Part shown: positions 33,362 through 48,643 of the stretch, piece after piece
How positions within the stretch are numbered: the stretch's first letter is position 1
How the letters are laid out: each line of letters begins with the position of its first letter
Source: a cyanobacterium endosymbiont of Rhopalodia gibba
GTDB taxonomy: Bacteria; Cyanobacteriota; Cyanobacteriia; Cyanobacteriales; Microcystaceae
Assembly (NCBI GenBank): GCA_045159875.1
Contig: CP067995.1
Span: forward strand, 2,912,001-2,976,000
DNA length: 64,000 nt
Direction of reading: 5' to 3'
Notes under the pieces: generated by a model
The model's input: only the letters and a program-made list of their open reading frames with translations
Told to the model about the DNA's origin: nothing
Database searches by the model: none
Position numbers and translations under genes: made by a program

Positions 33362-35924
33362 AAAAATTGCCTAGATTTTAGTCAGAATCTACTCTCGAGT
33401 CTTTACTTTTTGTTTCTTTGGTGTTTTCCATGATCAAGAGAAAAAGATTAGGAGAAAAAACATCCATTGTGGATTTTCTATTCCCGATCACTTTTAACCC
33501 GATACTGTGTGAGTAATCACATTGAAAAGAAGATTAACAAGGTTGCAATTTACAATCAATTCTTAAACCAAGGTTGTTTTTTCAGACATCTCAGACATTA
33601 GTTAAACTATGAATTACCTTCATGATTTTAGTTATCTTTAATTTTGATATTAACGTATCTTGGTGTGTGTCGATCACCTACTTTAGGGTAAATTTTAGTC
33701 GAGTCAAGAAATTATGCAGTATTTTCCAATGATGGTTTAGGATTGTGGATTAGCAAATTTAGGAGATTATCACTGTTGAAGGAATTGATTTCAACTATGG
33801 TATAGATTAAGTAATAATGAAGGTATTATTGGTTTAACATTTTTTATTAAGAAAAGTCCAAGGAGATCTGATGTAGTGTAACAGGGACTTAGTAGCAAGA
33901 CAATCAGAAAGTCTTCTGAGTCTGTATTTTGAGGTTAAGGAATTAGGGAGTGGAATCAACACTTCTTCCCAGGGTTGTTTTTCTGTCAATAAAGTTTTAT
34001 AAATACAATTTCGGCAGACTTTGTTAGCAGCTCTGTTGAGACTGGATTCTTGCAACAAGTACTATTGGTATATCTATATTAAATTTTCCTTTCTTTCCTT
34101 TCAACATAAAGTTATCACATTTTCTATTTCAAGAGATATAAAATTTATGAAGTTTAAGAGAGATCTATTTGTTCATTGGTCATCAGAAGCTTTTAGTCGT
34201 TAATTATCTTTATTTTGTGATTGACTCCTTTTTTAGGCAATTAGGCAACTGCCCCTCATAAGAAACTTGAAGTTTTTTGATTAGCCAAACCTTTTATGAT
34301 ACTAAATTCAATCAGAGAAAATATTTAATTATAAATAAAAAATAACTCAAATAAAAGCAATGTTAAAAATATTTATTTAGACTCATACATTAAATAGCTA
34401 AAACCTTAAAATATGTACCTAAATAAGTAGAGTTGTGCAGGTAAAGTACGTATTTATTGTATTGCCTTAGTTATAGACTCTAGAAAACAGTCTAATCGCT
34501 ATGATAATAAAATTTATCTCTAACAAAAAAACTTAAATAATAGAAACAAGATAAAGAAATAATAGGGCAATAATTTTAAGTTTTTTAAAATCAAAAAATA
34601 GCAATATCATTAACTAATAAGCTCCTTTAAGGAAGGACTTTTAATTAAAATTAAGACTATTTAATAGATAAATATTTTTATAGCTAAAAAAATATCCACA
34701 TCGCAAAATAAATATATTATTTTTAATGAACCTAAAGTAGAATTAAAGCCAATACAAATAAAAATCAAGAGTCTTCTTAGGAAAAGATAAACTGCTATAG
34801 TAAACCATGATGAATAATAATATGTCTATTGAAATTAAATTTCAAGATTGAATATAAAATGGCTGAATTCAGTTAATGAACATTTCAGATAAAGAGGTAG
34901 GTCCATCGAAGATTATCTCCTATATAAAAATATTTAACAAAAATTTTAAAATTATTCAGGAAATTGCTGGAGAATATTTACAAGTTTACTTTCGAGAACT
35001 AAAATCAACTAAAAGATTAGAAATGTTAGTAGATGAGCCTTGAATTGATGAGTATTCTGAAACAATTAATTTAATATAAAAAATTTAACGGAAGAAGTAG
35101 TGCTAAACTGTTATGATATTTTAAATTAAATCCAAGAAAAAAATAAAAACCTTATTAATGACAATGAATTAATTTTATTTTTAAAAAAAAAGGCGATCTG
35201 GCTATCGTATCTGGCATTGTACATTCTTCAATGACCAATTAAGTAGAATGGTTGTCTTCTAGGGTAATTCATTCAAAGGACATATGCTCAAAGCTTTTAA
35301 TTAACTTAATAATTTTGCAATGAAGTCTTTTCTAGAATCAGTCCCGTGTATTTTAGTTTTTTTTTACTTGAAAAGAAAATTAACTAGGTTAGGATATATT
35401 CCTGTTCCTAGCGTATTGACAAAATGACTGCTGCTACTCCTTGTGTATAGTCGTCCCGAGAGTTTCTGTTTCTAGATATGTTTTTTGCAATCTATAAATT
35501 GGTAAAGTGTATAGTTTGGACATAATTGGCCCATTATAAATTGGTAGTCAGGCAATATTGATATTAGAATTCAACACCAAAAAGCATGGTTATAGCCTAA
35601 AAATTTTTTGTTTATTAAGTGATTTAATCTTGATTATTTTTAATATCTTAAGTCGCCCTCGATCTTGTTCAATAGATGTTTTATGGTCTTAACAATAAAC
35701 TGAAATCTATTCACTGAGTATAGGTAAGAGAAAGAGGATTATGTTCTCACTTTAAGAGTTAATAACTGTCTTTATTAAACGCTAATAATAGCCAAAAGGG
35801 GGCAATTAATTTAAAACACAATATGTGGCACACACTGGCTAGTTGTATAGTTGAGTGAAATTAGAGTACAAAACCAGATATTCTACTAAGTATAACTGTT
35901 TCATATTCATGCACTGGTTCAACA

Positions 35925-37289
35925 ATGCAATTTTCTAAAATCTTAATTGCAAATCGCGGAGAGATCGCCTTACGAATTTTACACAGTTGTGAGGAACTAG
36001 GAATCGCCACAGTTGCTGTTCATTCTACTATAGACCGCCAGGCACTTCACGTCCAACTTGCAGATGAAAGTGTTTGTATCGGTCCGCCATCGAGTCACAA
36101 AAGCTATCTCAACATTCCTAATATTATTGCTGCTGCCCTCACGCGCAATGCTACTGCAATTCATCCAGGCTATGGTTTTTTAGCAGAAAATGCTAAATTT
36201 GCTGAAATTTGCGCAGATCACAAAATCAAGTTTATCGGACCAAGTCCTGAAGCTATCCGATCAATGGGAGATAAATCTACAGCAAAAAAAACTATGCAGA
36301 AGGCAGGAGTTCCCACGATTCCTGGGAGTTGGGGGGTGATTGACACGGAACAAGAAGCTCTAACCATCGCCCGTGAGGTTGGTTATCCTGTCATCATAAA
36401 GGCCACTGCTGGAGGTGGAGGACGGGGAATGCGCTTGGTTCGAGAAGATAAAGAATTTTCTCGTGCTTTTCAAGGCGCTCAAGGAGAAGCTGAGGCGGCA
36501 TTTGGCAACGGAGGAGTGTACATCGAGAAGTTTATTGAACAACCCCGTCACATTGAATTTCAAATCCTGGCTGATAGTTATGGCAATGTGGTTCACTTGG
36601 GAGAAAGAGATTGTTCTATCCAGCGTCGTCATCAAAAACTACTTGAAGAAGCTCCTAGTTCTTTTCTCAACCTCCAATTACGTACAAAAATGGGAAAAGC
36701 AGCTATTAAAGCTGCAAAATGTATTAATTATATAGGAGCCGGAACAGTAGAATTCTTGGTGGATAAACAGGGAAATTTTTACTTTATGGAGATGAACACT
36801 CGCATCCAGGTAGAACACCCTGTCACGGAGATGATCTCTGGGTTGGATTTAATTGCTGAACAAATTCGTATTGCCCAAGGGGAAAAACTCCACTTTTCCC
36901 AAAATCAAGTTAAATTTCAAGGTCATGCAATCGAGTGTCGTATCAATGCTGAAGATCCCGACTATAATTTTCGTCCTCATCCGGGTAAAATTAGTGCCTA
37001 TCTTCCTCCTGGAGGTCCTGGAGTACGGATGGATTCTCATGTCTATACAGATTATGAAATTCCTCCCTATTATGACTCTTTAATTGGTAAATTGATTGTC
37101 TGGGCTCCTAATAGAGAAATGGCAATTAAACGGATGAAACGGGCTTTAAGAGAATGTGCGATCACAGGGATTCCTACCACTATTGATTTTCATCAACGAA
37201 TTTTAGAAACTTCCGCTTTTTTAACTGGTGAAGTGTACACTAATTTTATCGAGGAACATTTGCTAAAAAAGTCAAATACAAAAAGTTAA
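35925..37289 (+). CDS. accC: Acetyl-CoA carboxylase, biotin carboxylase subunit
   Basis: [39 protein letters not shown] and YYDSLIGKL motifs. Confidence 0.98.
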   Translation: MQFSKILIANRGEIALRILHSCEELGIATVAVHSTIDRQALHVQLADESVCIGPPSSHKSYLNIPNIIAAALTRNATAIHPGYGFLAENAKFAEICADHKIKFIGPSPEAIRSMGDKSTAKKTMQKAGVPTIPGSWGVIDTEQEALTIAREVGYPVIIKATAGGGGRGMRLVREDKEFSRAFQGAQGEAEAAFGNGGVYIEKFIEQPRHIEFQILADSYGNVVHLGERDCSIQRRHQKLLEEAPSSFLNLQLRTKMGKAAIKAAKCINYIGAGTVEFLVDKQGNFYFMEMNTRIQVEHPVTEMISGLDLIAEQIRIAQGEKLHFSQNQVKFQGHAIECRINAEDPDYNFRPHPGKISAYLPPGGPGVRMDSHVYTDYEIPPYYDSLIGKLIVWAPNREMAIKRMKRALRECAITGIPTTIDFHQRILETSAFLTGEVYTNFIEEHLLKKSNTKS

Positions 37290-37638
37290 GTTTACTGCTG
37301 AAATAGTTAATACAATTTTAATTGTGCTTAATTTGTTAGTTTCAATAAACATTGAACACTATTTTTTAGTAATTGCTAATGAATTAAAACACACTATAAA
37401 TAAAGGTTTAAATAAGGAGCGATGATTAGAACAGTTTCAAAAAATATGTATAAATACAATTAAATACCTAGCTCTTCTGTTTATATACAATCTATTTTTG
37501 ACGGATTTCACACTGTGATGGATGATCAAAAATATTGTAATGTAACACTGTTAACAAAACTTGTTGTAGAAGACTAAGTAATTTTGTTTCTAAAGAAATG
37601 TATACTTTAATGTATCTCTTAAATGAAAATAGATAAGT

Positions 37639-37984
37639 ATAGGGTCTTTACTCGATACAAATAGGTTCTCTTTTTAATTGAGTAAAACACCGTATATATT
37701 CGAATAATCGAAACGGTGAGAACTAGAAAAAAACTATATTTATTTATTGGACCAGTTATTTTGAGAGTCAAAGATAATTATTAGCGGCGAAGGAGATAAG
37801 AGGTATTCAATATTTTATTGAATACCTTTTATCAAGGTAATAGAGTTATCTTTTTAGACAAAGAAGATTGTAAATACCAACTAAAAATAGTTTAATTACT
37901 TCTACTGCTTTTATTAAAAACTTAACTGTTGTTTCCAATAGAAGTAATTTATCGAGAGTTGAAGAAGTAAGTTTAGAAAACTAG
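37639..37984 (+). pseudogene. PIN-domain (VapC-like) toxin pseudogene
   Basis: LLDTN near the start, SYFE..R*LLAA, RVIFLD, and C-terminal LITSTAFIKNLTVVSNRSNLSRVEEVSLEN*. Confidence 0.75.
37795..37833. repeat. 39-bp near-perfect palindrome inside the VapC pseudogene
   Basis: gataagaggtattcaata ttt tattgaataccttttatc: 18-bp arms with 1 mismatch. Confidence 0.95.
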
Positions 37985-38137
37985 GCACAATGACAAACTA
38001 GAATAAATCGACTCAATGTAACGCGCATCAAAAAATTAGTGATTGCAGTGCATTATATTTTGACAGTATTAACTCAGTTTGTTTAGTTTTATTACTACCC
38101 CAACTTGACCTATATTCTATAAGTTAGTTCCGTTCTC

Positions 38138-38176
38138 ACAGTAGTTTACAAGGTCTTTGACCTTGCAAACTACTGT
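38138..38176. repeat. 39-bp near-perfect palindrome
   Basis: acagtagtttacaaggtc ttt gaccttgcaaactactgt: 18-bp arms with 1 mismatch. Confidence 0.95.
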
Positions 38177-40169
38177 CACTAAAAATCTTAAAAATTAATA
38201 TTAAAAATGCTGCCTAAAAAAATATTATCAAATAATATAAAAATCTGCTTAGCTTTTAGTCAATGAGAAAAGTTGAAAACTGATAACCTAATTTTAACAA
38301 AGAAAGAAAAATGTAACAGTATAATATTTATTAAGTTTAGATTCAGAGCTATTGAACTAATATAGAAGAAGTCAGCATAGACTTGTAGATAATAATTAAA
38401 GTGTCCTAATGAAAATACTTCCTCATTTTTAACTACTAGCGTATATATTTCATGGATTAAAATAGATTAATGAGAATCTATTCTGCTAAATACAGTCAAA
38501 AAAACAATAAAAAAACTTGACATTAAAAACATAAAAACCTAGCTAATATAATCCATGGTAAATATTTTTTATAAAAGATATGGTCTTAGTCAAGAAGACA
38601 AAGCTAAGATAGAAAAAACTATTAAATATATTTAATCTAATAAAAAAATATAAATCAATTAAGAATATCATATTCTATCATTAGAATGATATAAGATTTA
38701 TCAAAAATAAAGTAATAAGTAGATGAGATAGTACCATTCTACTTATTATTAAAATTTGACTAAGAGTAGTTTTATTTCCTATATATAAGTGAAATAAATA
38801 AATCTAAAAATTAGATAAATTTAAAAAATAACTTATAGTTAAACCATTTTTTTTGCTTCATCAATAGAGTTTTTAGAGCTTAGTATTTTTCTTTATTATT
38901 AACCCATTAATTTAATCTTAAAAAGTTAAATTTTCAATCATATATTAAAAATTAAGAGTTAGAGACTATGAATATTAATTCATTGACAATACAAAGCCAA
39001 AAATTCTCTATTAGTAAAATAGTTAAATCTCTCATAGAAAATTATGCGACTTTATCTCAAACTAAATTCAATAGATATATTTTACTAAAAATTTAAGAAG
39101 AATTAACTTATTATTAGTTAATTTTTTAACTTTTTCTTTTATTTAACTAATTTTTTTAAAATACGTATTAACTATTAACTTAAAAATAATTTACTAGGGT
39201 AAATTATCTTTAATTAACATCCAATTTTAGAGAATTAACCTGCAAAATTTCTAGAAAGATTTTTGTCTATTTACTAGAAAATTAGCCTCTATTGTCATTT
39301 ATCAATAAGATTTTTTTTCGTTGAATATTTGACAGATCTATAGATATATGAAGATTTTTGTCCCTTGCTTACTATGATAATTAGCTTTTCCTGAATTGGA
39401 CTCTAAACTTTTTTCATGATTGGCTTTAATCTCACTGTAGATATATCTATCTTGCATTCTTAATCAGTTTTTCGCAATTTTAAAATTCATAATTTTTTTT
39501 ATACTTAATAATCTCTCTGTTGATATGTACTAAAATTGTATTTTAACAAAAGTATTTTAGTTTTCAAGATTAATGCTAATATCTTTGTTATTAAACTTCT
39601 TTAACGTAATTTTCTTAGTTTATCTAAAAAGTTATTTTTGGCTCTCTCTATATTTGTCTATTGGCAGATATTAATTTTAATTAGTAATCTAACTTTTCTA
39701 GTATCTTATGACTTCAATGAAAATTTTTTTTTCTTTAAGTCCTTATTTTTAAATATTTTTGTTAACTTTTTTGCTACAAGTAAAATTTATTTCTACAGCA
39801 AGAGCACTATTATAATTTTAACTTTTTAAACACTTTTTATAGCTATACTGAACTACAATACCGAGCTAAATAATTTTCTAGGTATTCTTAATTTATCTAA
39901 ATTTTTTTATCATGAGTGGGTTTTCATAACCAGATTTATTATCACCCCCTAAGGGGTGATACTGCAAGAATAAGAGATATAAAGGTAGCTTTTGTTTTTA
40001 TAGTCTCAAGTTTCAACCGATAATCAATTCTAAATTCTTGTAAAGTTATAATTTACCTAGAAAAAAATAATAAATTCTTAACCCTTTATCCCTAGGATCT
40101 ATATCTATGATCGTTGGAGAGATATTTCATCATCTCTAAAAACTTATCTTAAATAGTGCAGTATTTTCT

Positions 40170-41750
40170 ATGAATAAGCTACAACTCTGGCAACGTTATC
40201 AAAATTGGCTATATTATCACCAAAAATTAGGACTATATCTTGATATTAGCCGAATGCGCTTTAATGATGCCTTCGTTGACAGTCTTAAGCCTAAATTTGA
40301 GAAAGCCTTTCAGGATATGGAAGCTCTAGAAGCTGGGGCGATCGCTAACCCAGATGAAGGACGAATGGTAGGTCACTATTGGCTACGCGCTCCGGAATTA
40401 GCACCCAATGACAACATTAGAAAAGAAATTACTGAACCTCTAGAAGCTATTGCAGACTTCGTAACTAGAGTTCATAATGCAACTATTAAACCTCCCACCG
40501 CCGATAAATTTACCGATGTTATTTCTATTGGTATTGGTGGATCAGCCTTAGGACCACAATTTGTAGCGGAGGCATTATCCCCCGACTTTCCTCCTATGGC
40601 CATCCACTTTATTGATAATAATGATCCAGCAGGCATTGATCGCATCTTAACCCGTTTAGGTGATCGCCTCAAAAGTACTCTAGTTTTGATAACGACTAAG
40701 TCTGGGGGAACTCCCGAAACCCGTAACGGGATGTTAGAAGTCAAAGCAGCTTACGAAGCTAAAGGTTTAGACTTCGCTCCTCATGCGGTCGCTATTACGA
40801 TGCCAGGAAGTAAAATGGATCAAATAGCCCGGGACTGGTTAGCCCGTTTTCCCATGCAAGATTGGGTAGGTGGGCGAACCTCCGAACTTTCTGCCGTAGG
40901 TTTGTTACCCGCCGCATTGCAGAGTATTGACATTCAAGAAATGTTGATCGGAGCTAAGGAAATGGACGAAGCAACCAGGGTTAAAGATCTTAAAACTAAC
41001 CCCTCAGCGTTGTTAGCCTTAGCTTGGTATTATTCTGGCAATGGAAAGGGAGAAAAAGATATGGTGATTCTTCCCTATAAAGACAGTTTGCTGTTGTTTA
41101 GTCGCTATTTACAACAGTTAGTCATGGAGTCTTTAGGAAAAGAAAAAGACCTTGATGGCAACACAGTCTATCAGGGTATTGCGGTTTATGGAAATAAAGG
41201 GTCAACAGATCAACATGCTTATGTTCAGCAATTGCGTGAAGGAGTTTCAAATTTCTTTGTCACCTTTATTGAAGTACTAGAAGATCGTCAAGGATCGTCC
41301 ATTGAGTTAGATCCTGGAATCACTTCTGGAGACTATCTATCCGGGTTCATCCAAGGAACCAGACAGGCACTATATGAGAATAACCGTGACTCGGTAACTA
41401 TTACCATTCCTCAGGTGAATACTCGCACTGTCGGGGCTTTAATTGCGATGTATGAACGTACTGTTAGTTTTTATGGCTCATTAGTTAACGTTAACGCCTA
41501 TCATCAGCCTGGGGTAGAAGCAGGTAAAAAGATGGCTTCTTCTGTTTTATCTTTACAAACTGAAGTTCAGAAAGTGATTGAGAATTCTATTGGAACTTTA
41601 GATATAGCTACGTTAGCAACGAAAGCAGGAGCTCCTGATGCAGTCGAAACAGTCTACAAAATTGTACGTCATCTAGCTGCCAATGGACGAGGAATTATTC
41701 TAGAAGGGAATATGGGGGACCCTTCAACTCTCAAAGTTTCTGTTGGTTAG
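40170..41750 (+). CDS. pgi: Glucose-6-phosphate isomerase
   Basis: [36 protein letters not shown] and [12 protein letters not shown] motifs. Confidence 0.98.
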   Translation: MNKLQLWQRYQNWLYYHQKLGLYLDISRMRFNDAFVDSLKPKFEKAFQDMEALEAGAIANPDEGRMVGHYWLRAPELAPNDNIRKEITEPLEAIADFVTRVHNATIKPPTADKFTDVISIGIGGSALGPQFVAEALSPDFPPMAIHFIDNNDPAGIDRILTRLGDRLKSTLVLITTKSGGTPETRNGMLEVKAAYEAKGLDFAPHAVAITMPGSKMDQIARDWLARFPMQDWVGGRTSELSAVGLLPAALQSIDIQEMLIGAKEMDEATRVKDLKTNPSALLALAWYYSGNGKGEKDMVILPYKDSLLLFSRYLQQLVMESLGKEKDLDGNTVYQGIAVYGNKGSTDQHAYVQQLREGVSNFFVTFIEVLEDRQGSSIELDPGITSGDYLSGFIQGTRQALYENNRDSVTITIPQVNTRTVGALIAMYERTVSFYGSLVNVNAYHQPGVEAGKKMASSVLSLQTEVQKVIENSIGTLDIATLATKAGAPDAVETVYKIVRHLAANGRGIILEGNMGDPSTLKVSVG

Positions 41751-41820
41751 CTAACCTACTAAGAAATACCACATTGTAGCGGAGTTATGTGGATCGAAAT
41801 GTTTACGACCTAGTGAGAAG

Positions 41821-41866
41821 AAGGAATATGCACTACTTATACTACTGATAGTGTATATTCCTTTTA
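41821..41866 (+). terminator. Hairpin downstream of pgi, probable terminator
   Basis: aaggaatatgcacta-N13-tagtgtatattcctt followed by a short T run. Confidence 0.55.
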
Positions 41867-41953
41867 TCGTTTTATTTGATGATAAATATCAAATAAAATT
41901 TAGTAAATTAACTATACTATCTCTTGGTCAATATATTTATTCAGAAAAAAAAC

Positions 41954-41984
41954 TTGACAAATTCCCGTTGACCCCTGTTATAAT
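41954..41984 (+). promoter_or_regulatory. Sigma70-type promoter for tRNA-Gln
   Basis: TTGACA at 41954 and an extended -10 TGtTATAAT at 41976-41984, 17 nt before the tRNA. The spacer is 19 nt, slightly long. Confidence 0.6.
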
Positions 41985-42001
41985 TATAAAGGTGTAACTA
42001 T

Positions 42002-42073
42002 TGGGGTGTCGCCAAGCGGTAAGGCAGCGGGTTTTGGTCTCGCCATTCCTAGGTTCGAATCCTAGCACCCCAG
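42002..42073 (+). tRNA. trnQ: tRNA-Gln(UUG)
   Basis: Acceptor stem tggggtg/cacccca, D-arm gccaagcggtaaggc, anticodon arm gcggg-tt-TTG-gt-ctcgc, T-loop GTTCGAATC. Confidence 0.97.
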
Positions 42074-42759
42074 TTAAGTGGACAAAAACTCCACTAGCAT
42101 TTATTAATGTTTGAATGGCTTATATGAGTTTTGGAAAAAAGACAATTAATCTAAAACTATTTTAAATTAAAGGTTGAAGTTGACTTCTTGTTTATGTATG
42201 GCATATATGTCCCTTTTTTAAAGTTGTTATTCTGATGAATATTTAAGGATTTTCGCCTTAGATATTTTATTCTGTATTCTTTTCTTATTTTAACCGCTTA
42301 ACTTTTCTGTAGTTTTTTCATAGATTGATTAAGTCTTATTTGATAAGAGTCAATCTTTAAATAGACAGCTTTCTCTACTTAAGATAAATTTCTGATAGTT
42401 AATTTATTTTTTTGCTAAAAGAGCTTCCTGGTCGTTGACCCTCAATAAATGTGAGTTACTATCGGATACATTTTCTTGATAAATCAGACTATTTCTATTA
42501 GATTTAAATTCTATTAAAACTCTGATAATGGGTAATAATAATAAATTATTCAGAATTTAAAATCTAGTGTATTAAGATTTATTAAATGAAGATCATAAGT
42601 GTAAAACAGCCTGAGATTTTAACTAAAACATAATTGAATTTAATAACAGAACTCGATAGAATATTATTCATATAATAATTGTTAATTTTTACAAGCCTAT
42701 TATCCATGGTAAAATGTTATCTTCATATTCGGAATTTTTACGGGATAAAATTTTTACAT

Positions 42760-43299
42760 AACAGGTTTGTTCCAATGCTACCGATTACTTATTTTGGATA
42801 AATTTAGGCTAACAAAAAACTAACTTTGTAATCAGTCGTTTGGAGAAGAACATCAGGTATTTTTAAACAGATCATTTGCTCGACTGTGGTATCTTATCTC
42901 TTACAAATTATTGGGAGTTACGATAGAAACTATAACTATTATCTTTTTAGTCCGTTGTTTTTGTAAGGACACAATCACTTCTTTAATCTTTGGTACCTGT
43001 GGCAATCCTATCATCCACGAGAATTATTCTTTTATGTTTGCTCACAAGTGACGGTGGCTGTCTTTAATAAATGCGACTGCAACAGTCTAACTTAGTAGCA
43101 ATTTTTTCAATCATCTGAGGATAAATGTTTAACCAATTGAGCATCTCTTGATTAATAATTTTTACTTTCTTGATCTGATAGCTCCATAGCCAATTGGTTA
43201 AATTAAAAATTAATAGATTGAAACAATTAGTTATTGCTAACTAATTTAGTCGCCAAACGCTAACCTGCTTCAGTGCGATTTTATCGAGATAACACCCAT
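42760..43299 (-). pseudogene. Phosphoribosyltransferase-family pseudogene
   Basis: NRTEAG*RLATKL, then a deletion, then LAM..., KVKIINQEMLNWLNI and KRIILVDDRIATGTK (PRPP-binding loop). Confidence 0.82.
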
Positions 43300-44512
43300 A
43301 ACCTTTTGCTCTTATATATTTTTACTAGTTGCCCAAACTAATCTAATTGGACGCAAAATTATGTTTTATTCTGGAGTTAATACAGTAATCTTAGCACTTA
43401 TTGAAGTTTTGTTCTTAATTCTTATACTTACCATATTTTTAGTTTGAGTCAATTCCATAGTAAATTTTATTTGGTGCTATAATTGGCGTAGTCCAAAAAC
43501 AAAGCTGTAGATTACAGTCCGGACTAAATAATCCTTGTTAAATGTCTTTTCTCGTTGAATGAGATGATAGTTGAAGGAGAAATAAGAAGCAAAAAACTGA
43601 GTAAGTCTCGACAATTTTTAATCAGATTTATCTTCATTTATACCTAATGTTTAGACAAGGAACTGATTGAGATAACTAGTAGTTTTTATGTTAGAGTTAA
43701 AACTCTTATTTTGTCCCCTTTTATGATGGGTTTTGATGGACAAGAAACGAATAAAATTTTAATCCTAGTAATTAGATGTTTGCAGTATTATAAATAGATT
43801 GAGAATAATTGACCAAAATGTTTCTAAATTTTACAAATATAAAAAAAAATAAAATATTAAAATCAGCTAATTATAAAAGTTTTATCAATAGATACAAAGG
43901 AATCTTGTATTCTTATACAAGTCAAAAAGTTTTGTTTAAAATGTGATTATCTCAAAATATTGTTAATACTAATAGTCCATTTTATAGAAAAATAACTACT
44001 TGGACTTAATGGACTGTTCTTTAAATAATTGTTAGCCGTTTATTTCAAAATAAAACTAGGATAATATGTACCAGTTAAGTAGTATTTTAAAAATATAAAA
44101 AATATTGTTTGAGAATTGAATTATATTTACTATTTTGGTCTTTTTTTTAAAAAAAATTATGTACCTTTTTCCTGATCACCCGATCAATAGAAATAAGTGT
44201 AATGTCTAAGATTAACACTTATTGAAAAATTGTGGCTCTAAAGAATAGATAGTTGAGATATAATATGCTAAGCTGTTTGCGAGTAGGTGAGCTCTAAGGT
44301 GATGAGGAGACTAGTTTAATGTCCTAGCTCTGCAATCTTAATTTTTGAATCTTTGATCATCACTGGTAGAAAAGCCAAAAGCACAAGACTAAACGGTAAA
44401 GATCAAATCAGAAATCAAATAGGGTAGGACATATCCAAATTTACGCTTGGGGAATAGTCCATCAGAGTGCTTGCTGTAAAAAGTGTAGTCGGACTAGACA
44501 TGAAACTATAAG

Positions 44513-44539
44513 ACCTATACTGGCATTGCCAGTATAGGT
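44513..44539. repeat. 27-bp perfect palindrome with 1-nt centre
   Basis: acctatactggca t tgccagtataggt. Confidence 0.95.
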
Positions 44540-44586
44540 AAGATTCAGCCCAAGAATCCACTCTGACTTAGTTAGCAGAGTGTCAG

Positions 44587-44664
44587 AGCTAGGGGTGTCT
44601 GATTTAACCAGGCTGAGAGAGACCCTTAGAACCTGAGACTGGGTAATGCCGGCGTAGGGAAGCT
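44587..44664 (+). ncRNA. TPP riboswitch
   Basis: agctaggggtg...ggctgaga...accct..gaacctga..ctgggtaatgccggcgtagggaagct, directly upstream of the thiC RBS. Confidence 0.95.
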
Positions 44665-44680
44665 ATTTTTTGAGGTATAA

Positions 44681-46069
<1,389 letters not shown>

Positions 46070-48643
46070 GATCACTGGGGGTCAACAGCCGTTGATCCCA
46101 ACGAAAACCAGAATTTTGAATAATATTTGTTGATACTTTTTAAGTAAAAAATTTTAGAGGATCCTGATTAAGCTGATGGAATAAAGGAACAGAGATTCTA
46201 GGGTAATCACTAACCTCGATAACATTTTTCTCAAATGTAAGTTTTACAGAAATTCATGAAGAGGTTGAGAAATAACAGCATTATAGGAGGCAAAATTCTC
46301 TGAATAGCATTAGGGAGCTAAAATGTATTTCATTACACACAATAGTGGCAAATCATTGATTGTTAAGTTAACTTCGGACAATACAAATAACTATAAACTC
46401 GTTTCTGAGTTAAGGCAGAATTAAATTTACAAATTATTTTGAGACTTCTGAAAAGATCTATTAACAAATATTTTGATTAATTACTCTATTATTAACAACA
46501 GAAAATGAAGTAAAGGTTAGTAAAACCGAGAAATAATATTCCATTTTATAGGTGTTCTTTAATTGACACGGTTAACGGCAAACTTAAAAATATCTCTCAG
46601 ATTGAATATTCTAAAAATAAAAGTGCTTGTAACTATTTTGTTCACCTTTTTACTCGACTAATTGTTTATGCTTAATTTAATCGAAAAATTTTCTCTAGAT
46701 TTGATTTGAAGTCAATTGGACTTGTCTTCTATTATTTTTTAACAATCATTAAATGCTTAATTCTTTCCAGTTACTATTTTAGATAATTGTTGACCTTATC
46801 GTATTTTAACTTAGTTATTTAGAATAACAACTGGAATAGATATGTCTTTTGCTATATTAATATCACTCTGTAAGTATCGTAGAGCCATATCAAACCCTTT
46901 TGACTAACTTAGCCAGTCATAATGCGAATTCAGGACGCAACTAAGGGCTCCACCAAATATTTGATTATTAGTCTGATTAAGAGAAATAATATTACTGCAG
47001 CGTCTAAGCTTTCGAACGAATGCTTGAGTAAGAGATATTTATAGTTATGAGTAATTTACATTGGACAGTTTAAACCAAAGGCTATTATTTAAGTTTCCTT
47101 AAATAAGTGTTCTCTAATAAAATAGTTAAAAAAGAGCGACTTCCGGATGTCAGTCTTGATAAAATTATGCTAATTTACTTAAATAAGTAAAGACTAGAAA
47201 AGTTGCTCATCACCCCAAAATCTTCTCCAATAAATTTAGACGGAGTAAACTTTTTAGGAGATACGATAATAAAAACAATTTTTTAAAAAAAAATTAAAAA
47301 AAAAGAGGCTCATAGGATTATTTAATAAGTTTTACAAAACAAATAAAATAATTATCCATAGTCAAAGAAAAAGAAAATTGAATATTATAGTCTAAAAAAT
47401 ACATTACATAAGAACTTATAAAAATTACGAGGTGACGATTTAAAACCATATAATTCATCAAGGTAGTTGAACGGAAATATTTTTAAATAAGCTACTGACA
47501 AAAGGTATTAATTAAAGTTGTATAAATTTTATTTAAAGTCAATTACTCATTTTTATCTATTAACTTCTAAGACTTATTTTTTTTATAGAAATTTTTAATT
47601 TACTTTAATCATACTAAATTTGGTCATAAAAACCTATTTATAATAGTACAAAAATAATCTAGACAAAAATATCTTTATAAACTTTTATTTTGCTCTACAT
47701 ATTAGCCCATTTAAATTTAAAAAATACATAACAACTAAAAATTTTAATTTTTTAAAAAAAATCTCCAAAGGATAAATTTTTAAAAAAAGTACACCTGCTC
47801 TAAGGATAAATTATGATTAGAGTCAGAAAATTATCAAACAATTTAATGAATTTTAAAAAAAAATTAAGAATTAAATAAAAAAGGATAAGATATTTTTGTC
47901 AGAGTCTGAGATACAGATTTATAAAAAAAAATATCTTAAACAAGTAAATCTTAAAAAGAAAAAATCTAAAAAATTAAGTATATATATATTTTCTTGACAA
48001 ACCTAAAGTTTAATTAAAATTAATAAAAATCAAAGTTCAAAGTTTACTTAAAAAAAGAACAACTGCTGTGGTAAGCCAGGGTAGTGAATGGTTATATATC
48101 TGTGGATTTATTAAACTACTAACCGGAAAAATATTATAAAAGCAAATTTCAAGAATAAATATAAGATAGCTAAAATTAGTCAATAAACATTGAGTTAAAT
48201 ACGTATTTTTGTCCAGAAAAATTATCAGTAAAAAATAATAAGTAAAATTTTTTTAAAAAGTTACCAAATCATATTTGCTGGTTTCTTATTAAGAAGAAGA
48301 GTTTATAAAAAATTATAGACTTTAGTAAATGAGTTTTTAGTTTATGAGTATTCTAGAATAGTTAACAAAGAAGTTAAGCTAAATTATTGAAATTTTCTTA
48401 GTAGAATAAAAAAATAAATACAGGAAGTTATAGCCACTAAATTGATCATAAATCATAAACATCGGTGTCAAAGAAACGCTGAGTACCTCGATAAGTATAT
48501 CTACTTTCTATTGCCTCAACCCAAGTGTCTAAATAAAGGTTTTATTCTGTAATTTTACCAACTTGGACGATAGATCCTCATACTGTAAAGTTCAACTACA
48601 ATTGGACCCTAGAAAAATGTGTAGCCAGACTTTAGGCAATTGG

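Noticed and set aside
33600..34200. Possible ArsB/NhaD-type transporter remnant (EGIDFN)
   Set aside because: Only one short motif; the rest does not align convincingly.
7614..39829. Spacer ORFs at 7614, 9277, 16731, 33834, 34021 and 39638
   Set aside because: Low-complexity F/L/I/K-rich translations typical of chance ORFs in AT-rich decayed DNA.
39940..39961. Short hairpins with 7-11 bp arms (e.g. 5287, 19132, 38713, 39940, 47175)
   Set aside because: Short arms are expected by chance in AT-rich DNA; not counted in the long-palindrome set.
44290..44500. Possible psbI remnant on the minus strand (AFGFSTSD)
   Set aside because: The match is too short and the N-terminus does not fit.
46076..46100. 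Hairpin after thiC as a terminator
   Set aside because: A stem is present (tgggggtcaac/gttgatccca) but there is no U-tract on the sense strand, so it is left uncalled.
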